Positions 28,391 through 37,683 of a stretch of 64,000 nt of DNA are shown here, piece by piece. The stretch comes from Candidatus Aalborgicola defluviihabitans. Its GTDB lineage: Bacteria; Pseudomonadota; Gammaproteobacteria; Burkholderiales; Burkholderiaceae_C. The position numbers were made by a program, and so were the translations under genes. Position 1 is the first letter of the stretch. Each line of letters starts with the position of its first letter. The notes below the pieces were generated by a model. The model saw only the letters and a list, made by a program, of their open reading frames with translations. It had not been told where the DNA came from and did no database searches. The stretch is taken from positions 788,500 through 852,499 of the forward strand of contig JADIXX010000003.1 of NCBI GenBank assembly GCA_016705575.1. Reading direction: 5' to 3'.

Positions 28391-29232
28391 TCGACGTCCA
28401 TGTATTCAAACAGCACCAAAGTGTCGTCCGGCCATGTGCGGTCGCCCAGCGGCAAAACGTAGGTACGGTCCACCAGAACTTCGCAATCGCAATACGGTAG
28501 CGTGTCGTGCAAGCTCGCATCGTCGCTGGCATTGGCGTAGAGTTTGTCGATGGAGAGGACTTGCCGCCGCTCACCAGCGAGCAGGGTTACGCTGAACAAG
28601 GGCCGGTCGGCAAAGAAGAGGTATTGCGGTGCGGGCTTGTCACAATACGCCGGGGTGTCGAACAACGCGCCGACCAATCCACCGATCAAGCTGCGGCTGT
28701 TGGAAATCAGGCCTGCTTCCATCCCCACTTTGCATTCCAGGCGCAGATCCCCCAGGCGCCGGGTATCGGGCGGTAGACCCGGTGTCCGTATGTCGGTGCG
28801 CCAAGTCATGCTCAGCGCCCTGCGATTAGGAACGACCTGAGCACCTTCTAACAGTGCCAGCGCATTGCGCGGCAACGCAAAGGTATGGTTCACATCGATG
28901 GGCACCACGAAGTCCACAGTGTCACCGATCACCGCCAATGTGATGGTGTTCATATCAGTCCCTTTTTTGCGAGGTAGCAGCTTGAAACGCAGTTCCGTAT
29001 TGGGCGACATAGCGTATTGCTGCTGGAAGATATCCATGCCCCTGAGCATTTTGCGATAAGACTTTTCAACCGGATTGGGATTTGCCTTGGCTGAAACCGT
29101 CACAGAGGGCATCCGCTCCGTGCGTGCGCCTTGTTGCGCAAACGTACCCATGCAGGTGGCTGCAAACGCAAGCGCGCAGCATACACGCGCAACTGTGTGC
29201 CGCAGGGCTACGGGGTATTGTGCGGCTTGCAT
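28387..29232 (-). CDS. Hypothetical secreted protein
   Basis: Signal peptide (VARVCCALAFAATCMGTFAQQ) with the start taken at MQAAQY (ATG 29232). No family recognised. Confidence 0.45.
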   Translation of the reverse strand: MQAAQYPVALRHTVARVCCALAFAATCMGTFAQQGARTERMPSVTVSAKANPNPVEKSYRKMLRGMDIFQQQYAMSPNTELRFKLLPRKKGTDMNTITLAVIGDTVDFVVPIDVNHTFALPRNALALLEGAQVVPNRRALSMTWRTDIRTPGLPPDTRRLGDLRLECKVGMEAGLISNSRSLIGGLVGALFDTPAYCDKPAPQYLFFADRPLFSVTLLAGERRQVLSIDKLYANASDDASLHDTLPYCDCEVLVDRTYVLPLGDRTWPDDTLVLFEYMDVE

Positions 29233-29525
29233 GGTGAAGTAAGGGTAAACGTCCTCAACTATGCGTCTAGTGCTCACCCAACGCAGTGCGGTACCGCACC
29301 AATCGAACCATCATTGCGGTTAGGCATTGACGCACCTAGACATTAAGCTATCCGCGCCGCTGTCTTGATTTGCATCCGTCTCGCCAAATCGCATGTCCGG
29401 CCAATTCCGACCACAAAGTTTTTCACTCGGCCCATTCAAGCGATTGCGAGTCTCCTCTTCTCGCTTCTTCTCTTCCTCAGTTTCGGGCTTAGATCCAGGT
29501 GGCCGCGGTTTGGCTTGTGGTGGCG

Positions 29526-31418
29526 CTACGGCCCCCCCCTGGCCCCTGCGGCTTTGGGCGCGTCAGCTCTTGCCGCCTCCGCATGAGCAGTCTCAGCCTT
29601 GGCTGCTTCATTTCTTACCGCTTCGCTTTTTGCTGCTTCAGCCTTCGCAGTTGCGGCACGGCGGGTCTCGGCTCTCGCCAAATCTGCCTTTACGGATTCT
29701 GCCCGCGCGCTCGCTGAACGTGCAGCCTCGACTTTGGCTGCATCAGCGCTAGAAGCACCTGCCTTGGCGGCTTCTGCCTTGCGGGCTTCGCGCGCCTTGT
29801 CAACTGGCGGTGCTGCCGGTGGGAGAGCGGTCAGCAGGGGCGCAAGTATGGCGGTCACCACGCTGACCTTGGGCACGGCGACGGCTGGTACGGCGGGCAA
29901 GAGCCGCTTGCGCTGGTCTTCGTCGATGGGTGTGCCGGGTTTTGCGGCCAATTGCTTTTGCTGGGCCACGAAGGCGATCGGTGGGGTAGGTGGCGTGGTG
30001 CGCGCAATAAATGCCCTCTCACCGTGCGGCGGCCTGGCACCTGCCTGCGGGGCGCCGCCATGCACGCTTTTCTGCACTGGTACTATGGCTGCGACCGGGA
30101 TGACCGGCGCGCTGATTGCGGCCGCGATGGAGACCGGCAAGGCCGCACGTGCTACCGGCTGCGACTGCACGAACGTCTGCGTTGGCACCGCGACGATAGC
30201 CCCGTTCACCTTCTGGTTGACGTACACCACGTTCGTGATATTCGTGGTGTTTTTCACGATAGTCGTACTGCGGTTGATCACGGTGGTGTTGTAAACATTG
30301 GTGATGACCGCAGGTGTGATCACCGGATTGCTGCGATTGACGTTGTCGAAATAGCTGCGACTCAACGGAGAGGACGGTCGATAGACCTCGCGTGGAGCGA
30401 GAGGGAACCAGCCGACTTCGGCGGCGGCACCGCCGACCGATAGCGCCACCCGGAAATTGTTGCCACCCACAAAGGCGACCAGCGCCGGCGCATAGACCGC
30501 CTGTTCGCGAGCCGGACGAGGGACCCAACCCCATGTGCCGGAGATGTTGGCCCAGCGCCCGTAGTGCGACACCGCGAACCCCCAAGGTGCGTCGTCCACC
30601 CAGGTCCATCCCCAAGGATCGACCCAAGCCCAATGGCCGTCTCGATACGGCGTCTAGCCAGCGGCCACCCTGTTCGGTGTCCACACATAGCCGTATTTCG
30701 GATCGCTACGCCAGGTGCCGTTGCCGTCGAGATCCTGATACCCGACGACGTCTGGCGAAACATAGCGCGCGGACGGCGAGTCATCGTCGCTGCGGTCGCG
30801 GGTGCGCGCTCAACTGTCGAAATCGTCATCCGGCTGCGCCACCAGCGTTTCGTAGTCTGAGTGGTCGGTCCCGTGGAAGCGGTAGCCACGCTTCGGATCG
30901 ACCGTATATGACGCACCTTCTCCGTATACCTCACCGCGCCCGTTGTGTACGCGGACAGCGGTCGCGCTGCCATCGGGATCGACATCGATCCGGTAATCGC
31001 CGATCTGGCGCAGAGTGAACGCCAGATTTGGGGTATCAATCTCTAAGCTCTGGCTCACCCCGATGCGGCGCACGTGTACGTTGAGCGACCCTTGCAGAAG
31101 TTGCACCTGCGTGATGCGGTCGTCGAAATTGAGCAGGGTCACATCGGTCAGCTCGCCCAATCGAATCGACGCGCCACCAATCTGCAATTCGGCGCGTGAA
31201 TTCGAATCCGCCCACAAGCGGTCCCCGGTCGTGAGAGGCCGGTTAACTACGGCCTGCACCCAATCAGGCTGACTGCTCGGCGAGAAACTTACAACGCCAC
31301 TGATGTAGCCCAAACGTGCCGCGCCTAAAGGTGGTTCCGCAGCAGCCAAACCACTCAGCGTAAGCACCAATATGCCGGCAAAGGCACGCAGTGAACGGGA
31401 GGTACTCGATTGGGTCAT
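29526..31418 (-). pseudogene. FecR-domain / DUF6600-like secreted protein with two in-frame stop codons
   Basis: One continuous reading frame joins ORF 30810..31490 (signal peptide plus FecR-like domain: GDRLWADSNSRAELQIGGASIRL) to ORF 29526..30599 (DDAPWGFAVSHYGRW..., Ala/Glu/Lys-rich tail). It is interrupted only by TGA at 30810-30812 and TAG at 30654-30656. Both fall where Trp is expected (DFDS*ARTRDR; AAG*TPYRDGHWAWVDPWGWTW). Confidence 0.8.
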
Positions 31419-31707
31419 ACCGATTCCAATCGTTTCGATGGCCGCTGGCAGAACGCAGCAACCTGTTGGGAGCCTACGTGCGTGACACATGCCGTGACTG
31501 TGCGTTAGTGAACGCTCGGCTGTACTGGCTCAGCGTCTGCTGCAGCATTCCTGGAAAATGGCTTCTGGGGTCTAAAACCGGAGGTCGGGTAACAGCTCCA
31601 TGGCCTTGTATGTATTCGCAGCGCCATGTTAGTTGGCACCGGAATACTGCGTTCGTTCACCGACGAGATGATGTTCTTACCTAAGTTGGTTTACACCGGA
31701 TGACGTG

Positions 31708-32467
31708 CTAAAACAGTTTGCCAACCAGCATGGTCAGGCCAGTAGAGATGGACCAATCGGGCACATCGTTGCGGGTACTTGGAAAACCGGCCCCAAAACG
31801 GGGGGGGGGGGGGGGTGGGGGGGGGGGGGAAAGGGGGGGGGGGGGGTGCCCGGGCGCCCCCGCGCGGGGGGCGGGAACGCCCCCCCCCCCCCCCCGTGGG
31901 GGGGGGGGGGGGGGCCGGGGTGAGGTGGCCCAGAATTGGGTCCTCTTGACCAAAGCGGGTCATACCAAGGTTGATGTCGGTGTGGTAGTTACCTACGTCG
32001 GCACTATAAATTCCGGTAATTGAATAGTCGGACTGGCCACTGCTGATGGCACCGGTGCCGGTCGGCAATGTGGTACCGAGTTCCAGACCGAAGGCCGATT
32101 TGTCATCGACTGCGAAGCGACGTTTCAGAACAATTGCACTGTCCCCACCACCGTTAATGCGCTGTCCACCGTCATCAGTCTGTGCAACCCATGCTTCGCC
32201 GCTCCAGCGGATGCCCCAGTCCGGCGTCAAGGCTAGCTTCAAAGTGTAGGGCAGGCTGTCACGGCGCACGTTGCCCCCAGCGCCGGTGCGCAAGCCACCA
32301 GCCTCCAACTCCAGCCAACCGGGTTGAGACAGCGCAGCAGGCGTTGATACACTGGGCCGGTAAGGCACAGCACTGGGCTCATCAGCCTGCGCCCACGCTG
32401 TATTTAGCACGAATGCCAAAAGGCAGCTAAACAGTGCGCCATGGTATTTACGACATTTGAAATGCAT
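31708..32467 (-). pseudogene. Outer-membrane beta-barrel protein (MetA-pathway/transporter-like OMP family) interrupted by a G/C homopolymer tract
   Basis: Signal peptide (LFSCLLAFVLNTAWAQA), then alternating beta-strand sequence (GWLELEAGG, LPYTLKLALTPDWGIRWSGEAW, FGLELGTTLP). After the tract a different frame supplies a typical OMP end ...WSISTGLTMLVGKLF-stop at 31708. Confidence 0.7.
31800..31920. repeat. Extreme G/C homopolymer tract (G16-T-G13-AAA-G14 ... C16-GT-G17-CC-G4)
   Basis: Read directly from the sequence at 31800-31920. It lies inside the OMP gene and translates to poly-Pro/poly-Gly in every frame. Confidence 0.95.
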
Positions 32468-32836
32468 AGAAATCCTTGCTGGGTTGACGCGTTTGCCCCG
32501 GCTGATTCTAAGGTGACGGGCGGTGTTGCACGGATGAGGGTTTTGTCGTGAACAACGCAAATCAATTTTGCGCCAAACCTCCCCAAAAATTGGTCCACTG
32601 ACTGGTGAAGTCATTGAGCCGGATAACGGGGTGGCCTGGCTGTCGGTCGTTGGATTTGCCTTGTTCTTGTTAGCCTGCGTGTGGCAGCGAACGCATCTCG
32701 GAGGACTTTCCCGCTATTCTCTGGCTTTGCCGAATTGGTGCAGTCCGTTTGGCGCCAGTCTAGGCCGGAGCTGCGAGAAGTCTCTTTCGCATCGCCGCTG
32801 CTCAACGCTTGTGCTGCCTCAACTGAAAACGACACC

Positions 32837-34666
32837 ATGCCATTTCCCGCAACGTCAGCCACGCCGGACGAACCCACGACGTCGCATCGTCGTCGCCCGT
32901 CTCCACTGTCACTGGCAGCTTGGAAGCGATTCCTCCATGTGGCTAAGCCTTACTGGCTGGGTGACCAGAAGAAGGTGGCGTGGACGCTACTGGCGCTGTT
33001 GATCGCCTTGATGCTTGCCGAAACGCAGTTCGCAGTGATGTTGAACAACCAGACCGGGGAGATGGCCTCTGCACTGGCGGGCAAAGAGGCTGACCGGTTC
33101 TGGCATTCGGTGTACGCCAGCCTGGGCATACTGGCGTTTGCGGTGCCGATCTACGCCTTTTACTACTACATGCGCGATAACTTTGCCAACCAGTGGCGGC
33201 GATGGCTCACCGGCCGCTTTCTGGATGGCTATCTGCGCGACCGCAAATACTACGAACTGGGCTCCAACAGTGAGATCGACAACCCCGATCAACGCATCAG
33301 TGAAGACATCGACACGTTTACCGGGCGGTCCATCCACTTTTTGTTGATCTTCCTGGGCTCGATGATGCAGTTGGTGGCCTTCAGCGCGGTGTTGTGGTCG
33401 ATTTCGCGCCTACTGGTTGGCGTGCTGGCGATCTATGCGCTGGGGGGGACCGTCATTGCGTTGTACGTGTTCGGCAAGCCGCTGATTCAGCTAAATTTCT
33501 GGCAACTACGACGTCAGGCCGACTTTCGCTTCGGCCTGATGCGTCTGCGTGAGAACGCTGAATCAATCGCGTTTTACCGTGGCGAAGCCCAGGAGCGTGC
33601 CCAGATTGACAGCAAGTTTGGCAAGGTGTTCACCAACTATGCGCGACTCATCAAACAGCAGCGCGTTCTCAATATCTTTCAGCGCGGGTTCAATCAACTC
33701 TCGCTGGTGTTGCCCAGCGTGATCCTCGCCCAAGCGGTTTTGTCAGGGGAGATGGAAGTGGGCCGGGCTGTGCAGGCGACTGGTGCGTTTGCTGCGGTGC
33801 TGGGCTCTGTGGCGTTGATTGTCGACAACTTTGAGAGCCTGAGTCGTTTTGTGGCCGGTATAGACCGCCTCCAAGCGCTGTCGAAATTGGTATTGCCCAA
33901 CCCAACATCGCAGCCCACCGCCTCAACAGCTGTCGACGACAAGCACCCACAAATCCAAACCCAGTTGGGTGAACACCTCGCGCTGGACGCGCTCACACTC
34001 TACACGCCAAATTTTGAACGGGTACTCATCAAGGAACTGACTCTGACTCTGGACTCAGGGGATGGCCTGCTGATCACCGGCGACAGCGGCTGCGGCAAGA
34101 GCTCCCTGTTGCGCGCAATTGCTGGTTTGTGGCGATCCGGCACCGGGGTTGTGCACCATCCACCGTTGGACGAGGTCTTCTTTCTGCCACAGCAGTCCTA
34201 TATGCAGGTCGGCACACTGCGCAGCCAGCTCATTTACCCTGGCACGGATACCGGCCTCAGTGACGATCGGTTGCTGGAAATACTGGGCGAAGTACACTTG
34301 GCAGAATTGGCTGAGCGCGTGGGGGGACTGGACGCCGTAAATGACTGGGAGAAGTTTCTGTCGGTGGGCGAACAACAGCGTCTCGCCTTCGGGCGTGTAC
34401 TGGTGCGCCAGCCCAGCATTGTGATCCTGGACGAAGCCACCAGTGCACTGGACAGTGACAATGAAGCCTATCTGTATGAGCGCTTGCGTGGCAGTGGTAC
34501 TACGGTGGTCAGCGTCGCACACCGTCCCGCAATTCTGCGCCACCATACGCACCTGCTGCGCATGTTGAACGGGGGCGCTTGGGAAATACACGCGGCCAGT
34601 GGTTACCAGTTCGACGCGCCGCCGTCGTCTGAACCCGGCCAGGCCCCGAGCGCAGGGCACTTGTGA
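32837..34666 (+). CDS. ABC transporter, fused SbmA/BacA-type permease + ATPase
   Basis: The N-terminal 6-TM domain has the family's NPDQRISEDI motif. Walker A GDSGCGKSSLLRA, signature LSVGEQQRLAF, Walker B IVILDEATSALD. Start at ATG 32837. Confidence 0.88.
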   Translation: MPFPATSATPDEPTTSHRRRPSPLSLAAWKRFLHVAKPYWLGDQKKVAWTLLALLIALMLAETQFAVMLNNQTGEMASALAGKEADRFWHSVYASLGILAFAVPIYAFYYYMRDNFANQWRRWLTGRFLDGYLRDRKYYELGSNSEIDNPDQRISEDIDTFTGRSIHFLLIFLGSMMQLVAFSAVLWSISRLLVGVLAIYALGGTVIALYVFGKPLIQLNFWQLRRQADFRFGLMRLRENAESIAFYRGEAQERAQIDSKFGKVFTNYARLIKQQRVLNIFQRGFNQLSLVLPSVILAQAVLSGEMEVGRAVQATGAFAAVLGSVALIVDNFESLSRFVAGIDRLQALSKLVLPNPTSQPTASTAVDDKHPQIQTQLGEHLALDALTLYTPNFERVLIKELTLTLDSGDGLLITGDSGCGKSSLLRAIAGLWRSGTGVVHHPPLDEVFFLPQQSYMQVGTLRSQLIYPGTDTGLSDDRLLEILGEVHLAELAERVGGLDAVNDWEKFLSVGEQQRLAFGRVLVRQPSIVILDEATSALDSDNEAYLYERLRGSGTTVVSVAHRPAILRHHTHLLRMLNGGAWEIHAASGYQFDAPPSSEPGQAPSAGHL

Positions 34667-34798
34667 ATGTAGTGGTTGGTCTATCTGGCAGTGAAGACAC
34701 TGCGTCTGCTAATGTTTCTCCCTGCCACTTTCGGCGCAGATGCCGTTGTCGTTGAAGCAAGCCGCCTCTTGATTGAGCGTTCTGCTACCTGATCAAGG

Positions 34799-36478
34799 CT
34801 ATGCCGACACAGCCTTTTTTTCGCCACGCAACTCGCGGCGCAAGATTTTTCCAATATTGGATTTTGGTAGCGGCTCCGTGCGGAACTCGACTATGCGCGG
34901 AATCTTGTAGCCTGTCAGATGCAGTTTGCAGTGTGCGAGCAAATCAGCCTCCGTCAACGCAGCGCTGCTGCACACGACCACGGCCTTCACCGCCTCTCCT
35001 GAGCGCTCGTCGGGGACACCAATCACACCAGCCTCCAGCACGTCGGGGTGCATCGTCAATACGTCTTCAATTTCGTTGGGGAATACCTTGAACCCAGAGA
35101 TCACGATCATGTCTTTCTTGCGATCGGTGATGCGAATGCTGCCGTTTTCGTCCATCACGCCCATGTCACCCGTGCGCATCCAGCCATTGACGGTGAACAT
35201 CTTGGCGGTTTCATCGGGACGATTCCAGTAGCCTTTCATGATCTGCGGGCCGCGTACGCCAATCTCGCCGACCTGACCCAGCGCGAGCGCCAAGCCATCA
35301 TCGTCGATGATGGCGGCATCGGTACTCGGAACCGGAACACCTATCTGACCGCTCCATTCCTGGACTGTGACTGGGTTTGCAATCGCTACCGGCGAGGTTT
35401 CCGTCAGGCCGTAGCCTTCAACCAAAGGTACACCCGCCCTCTGATTCCATCGCTGGGCCACCACTTTCTGCACCGCCATGCCACCGGCAACGGTAAGCTT
35501 CAATCGACTCAGATCCACATTGGCGAAGCCCGGCGCATCGAGCAGCGCGCGAAATAGCGTGTTCACGCCGATGATCGCGGTAAAGCGCGACTGCTGCAGC
35601 ACCTTCAAAAACGCTGGCATGTCACGTGGGTTCGCAATCAGCACAGCCTCTGCACCCTTGCTGAAGAATGACAGTGTCCCAGTCAGGGCAAACACGTGGT
35701 ACAGCGGCAGCGGGATGACCAAAGTCTCTTCGCCGTCGTTGAGATTGGGCGACATCCACGCGGCCACTTGCAGCACATTGGCCACCATGTTGCCGTGGGT
35801 GAGCATCGTGCCCTTGGCTACCCCGGTAGTGCCACCGGTGTACTGCAAAAATGCCAGATCGTCATGGGTCAGCGCCACATCATCGAGCGACTGCGCACGG
35901 CCGACGGCCAACACCTGCTTGAAGTCCACCGCACTATCCATCTGCCATGGAGGAACCATCTTCTTCACATACTTGACTACGGTGTTCGTCAGTAGGCGTT
36001 TGAGCGGCGGGAGCAAATCGCCAACCTGCGTCGTAATCACAGTGCGAATCGGTGTGTTTTCAACGACCTGCGCCAGGGTGTGCGCAAAGTTCTCCAGAAC
36101 CACAATGGCCGTTGCACCACTGTCTTTGAGTTGATATGCGAGCTCTCGGGGGGTGTAGAGCGGGTTGACATTGACAACCACCATGCCTGCGCGCAGTACC
36201 CCAAACAACACAGCGGGGTATTGCAATAAGTTTGGCATCATCAGCGCGACACGGTCACCGCGCTGAAGCTTTGCCACCTTTTGTAGCCAAGCTGCAAAGG
36301 CGCGGCTCGCCTCGTCGATTTCACGGAACGTCATCGCTGTCCCCATCGAACGATAGGCCGGCAAATCACCATAGCGCGCACAAGTGACCGAGAGCATTTC
36401 CTTAAGTGAAGAAAATTTTTGGCAATCGATCTCGGAGGGGACTCCGGCCGGGTACTGGCCAAGCCAGGGCTTGTTCAT
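34799..36478 (-). CDS. fadD: Long-chain fatty acid--CoA ligase
   Basis: AMP-binding motifs (LQYTGGTTGVAKGTMLTH; GYGLTETSP; RTGDMG; GKILRREL), 559 aa. Confidence 0.9.
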   Translation of the reverse strand: MNKPWLGQYPAGVPSEIDCQKFSSLKEMLSVTCARYGDLPAYRSMGTAMTFREIDEASRAFAAWLQKVAKLQRGDRVALMMPNLLQYPAVLFGVLRAGMVVVNVNPLYTPRELAYQLKDSGATAIVVLENFAHTLAQVVENTPIRTVITTQVGDLLPPLKRLLTNTVVKYVKKMVPPWQMDSAVDFKQVLAVGRAQSLDDVALTHDDLAFLQYTGGTTGVAKGTMLTHGNMVANVLQVAAWMSPNLNDGEETLVIPLPLYHVFALTGTLSFFSKGAEAVLIANPRDMPAFLKVLQQSRFTAIIGVNTLFRALLDAPGFANVDLSRLKLTVAGGMAVQKVVAQRWNQRAGVPLVEGYGLTETSPVAIANPVTVQEWSGQIGVPVPSTDAAIIDDDGLALALGQVGEIGVRGPQIMKGYWNRPDETAKMFTVNGWMRTGDMGVMDENGSIRITDRKKDMIVISGFKVFPNEIEDVLTMHPDVLEAGVIGVPDERSGEAVKAVVVCSSAALTEADLLAHCKLHLTGYKIPRIVEFRTEPLPKSNIGKILRRELRGEKKAVSA

Positions 36479-36564
36479 GAACTTTTCCTTATCTGTGGTG
36501 CTAATGAATCATACGACTGGGTAAGCACTGGATGTGTACGGTAACCGACAATGGTATCGGGTAC

Positions 36565-37683
36565 TCAGCGCAAACGCGCCATAAAGCGGCGATCAATCCA
36601 GTCCTTGAGCCACCACACCCATCGACCCTGCGCACTGAAGCGGCCCCAGGTGCCTATGGCGAATGGGTCACCACAGGCAATCAAATTCAGAGTGGCCTGC
36701 GGGGGCTTGTGCGGCTGCAGTGCTGACCCGCGCGTGGCGGCAGCAAGGTTGTAAGCCAATGCCGGGCCGGCGCGCACGGCATAGACGCCGCTGCGTGCCA
36801 GGGTTTGGTCCATGCGCGTGCTTACATCGCCCGCTGCAAATACCCGTTGGTGGCTGGTGGAGCGCTGGTACTCATCGACTGCGATGAAGCCGGATTCGTC
36901 CAGTGCCAGGCCACTGCTTACCAGCCACGCAGGGGCATTGGTGCCGGTAGCCAGCAGCGCCACATTACAGGGCAGTGCGGCGCCACTGCGCAAATAGACG
37001 GCTTCGGCATCGATGGAGGTAGCGGCTTCCTGCACTATCGTGATCCCGCGCTGCGTCAGAGCCAACTGCAAGCGCCGCTGAACTGCCATGGGGTAGTTGG
37101 CGCCGGGTGGCGCACTCCCCGACAACAAGTTGACTGCTGCTTGAGGCATGCGGTGGCGCAGCGCGAATGCCAACTCGATACCGCCAGCGCCAGCACCAAT
37201 CACGGCGATGCGAAGTGCCTGCTTGCGCCCCATCTGAGCCACCTTGGGCCACAGCGAAGTGAAGTGTTCAATGGGCCGCACAAACAGGCCGTGTTCCCGG
37301 GAGCCTGGCAGCGCTTGTTCGGCACGGTCACGATCTTGCACCGGACCGGTATTGACCGACAACCAGTCATAGTGCAGTGTGCTGCCATCGGCGAGCGCAA
37401 TGCTTTGTTGCTCTGCATCCAATGCAACTGCACTGGTCTGCAGCCATCGAACGCCACTGCGCCGCACCAACGGTTCGAGCGGAATCACGCAGTCTTCCAG
37501 CGTGTAATGACCGGCGATAAACCCGGGCACCATGCCGGAGTACATCTGGCGCGGATAGGGTGACACTAACGTGATCTGAACACCCGGCAAAGGCTGCTCG
37601 GTCAATTGCACCAATACCTGCACGTGCGCGTGCCCTGCGCCCAGCAGTACAAGTTGTTGACTACCCGACGGACGGGCTGTCAT
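36565..37683 (-). CDS. FAD-dependent pyridine-nucleotide-disulfide-family oxidoreductase of the type found fused N-terminally to SelD in other bacteria
   Basis: LVLLGAGHAHVQVL dinucleotide fold, YSGMVPG, a second fold IAVIGAGAGGIE, and VFAAGDV. Its ATG overlaps the DUF3047 stop (ATGA, 37680-37683). Confidence 0.7.
   Translation of the reverse strand: MTARPSGSQQLVLLGAGHAHVQVLVQLTEQPLPGVQITLVSPYPRQMYSGMVPGFIAGHYTLEDCVIPLEPLVRRSGVRWLQTSAVALDAEQQSIALADGSTLHYDWLSVNTGPVQDRDRAEQALPGSREHGLFVRPIEHFTSLWPKVAQMGRKQALRIAVIGAGAGGIELAFALRHRMPQAAVNLLSGSAPPGANYPMAVQRRLQLALTQRGITIVQEAATSIDAEAVYLRSGAALPCNVALLATGTNAPAWLVSSGLALDESGFIAVDEYQRSTSHQRVFAAGDVSTRMDQTLARSGVYAVRAGPALAYNLAAATRGSALQPHKPPQATLNLIACGDPFAIGTWGRFSAQGRWVWWLKDWIDRRFMARLR

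Noticed and set aside
29540-29830. Repetitive GC-rich nucleotide pattern (gcngcnnnngc...) that could be mistaken for a tandem repeat or CRISPR-like array
   Set aside because: It is the coding sequence of an Ala/Glu/Lys/Arg-rich low-complexity tail (AEAAKAGASSADAAKVEAARSASARAESVKADLARAE...). There are no regular repeat-spacer units.
30654-30812. Possibility that the in-frame TGA in the DUF6600-like gene encodes selenocysteine or is programmed read-through
   Set aside because: The second interruption is TAG, not TGA. Both positions align with expected Trp, not Cys/Sec. I see no hairpin resembling a bacterial SECIS immediately downstream. Point mutation or error is the simpler explanation.
30362-31039. 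225-aa minus-strand ORF overlapping the DUF6600-like gene in another frame
   Set aside because: The codon-by-codon reading shows the conserved Trp-rich sequence lies in the frame shared by ORFs 30810..31490 and 29526..30599. This ORF is an out-of-frame by-product.
31800-31920. Poly-G tract as a bona fide phase-variation switch of the OMP gene
   Set aside because: I have not adopted this as the primary interpretation. There are several consecutive 13-17-nt runs of both G and C, and they replace about 40 codons of a normal-length gene. That looks like an artefact, whereas known contingency loci use one short tract. It is kept as a finding only for verification.
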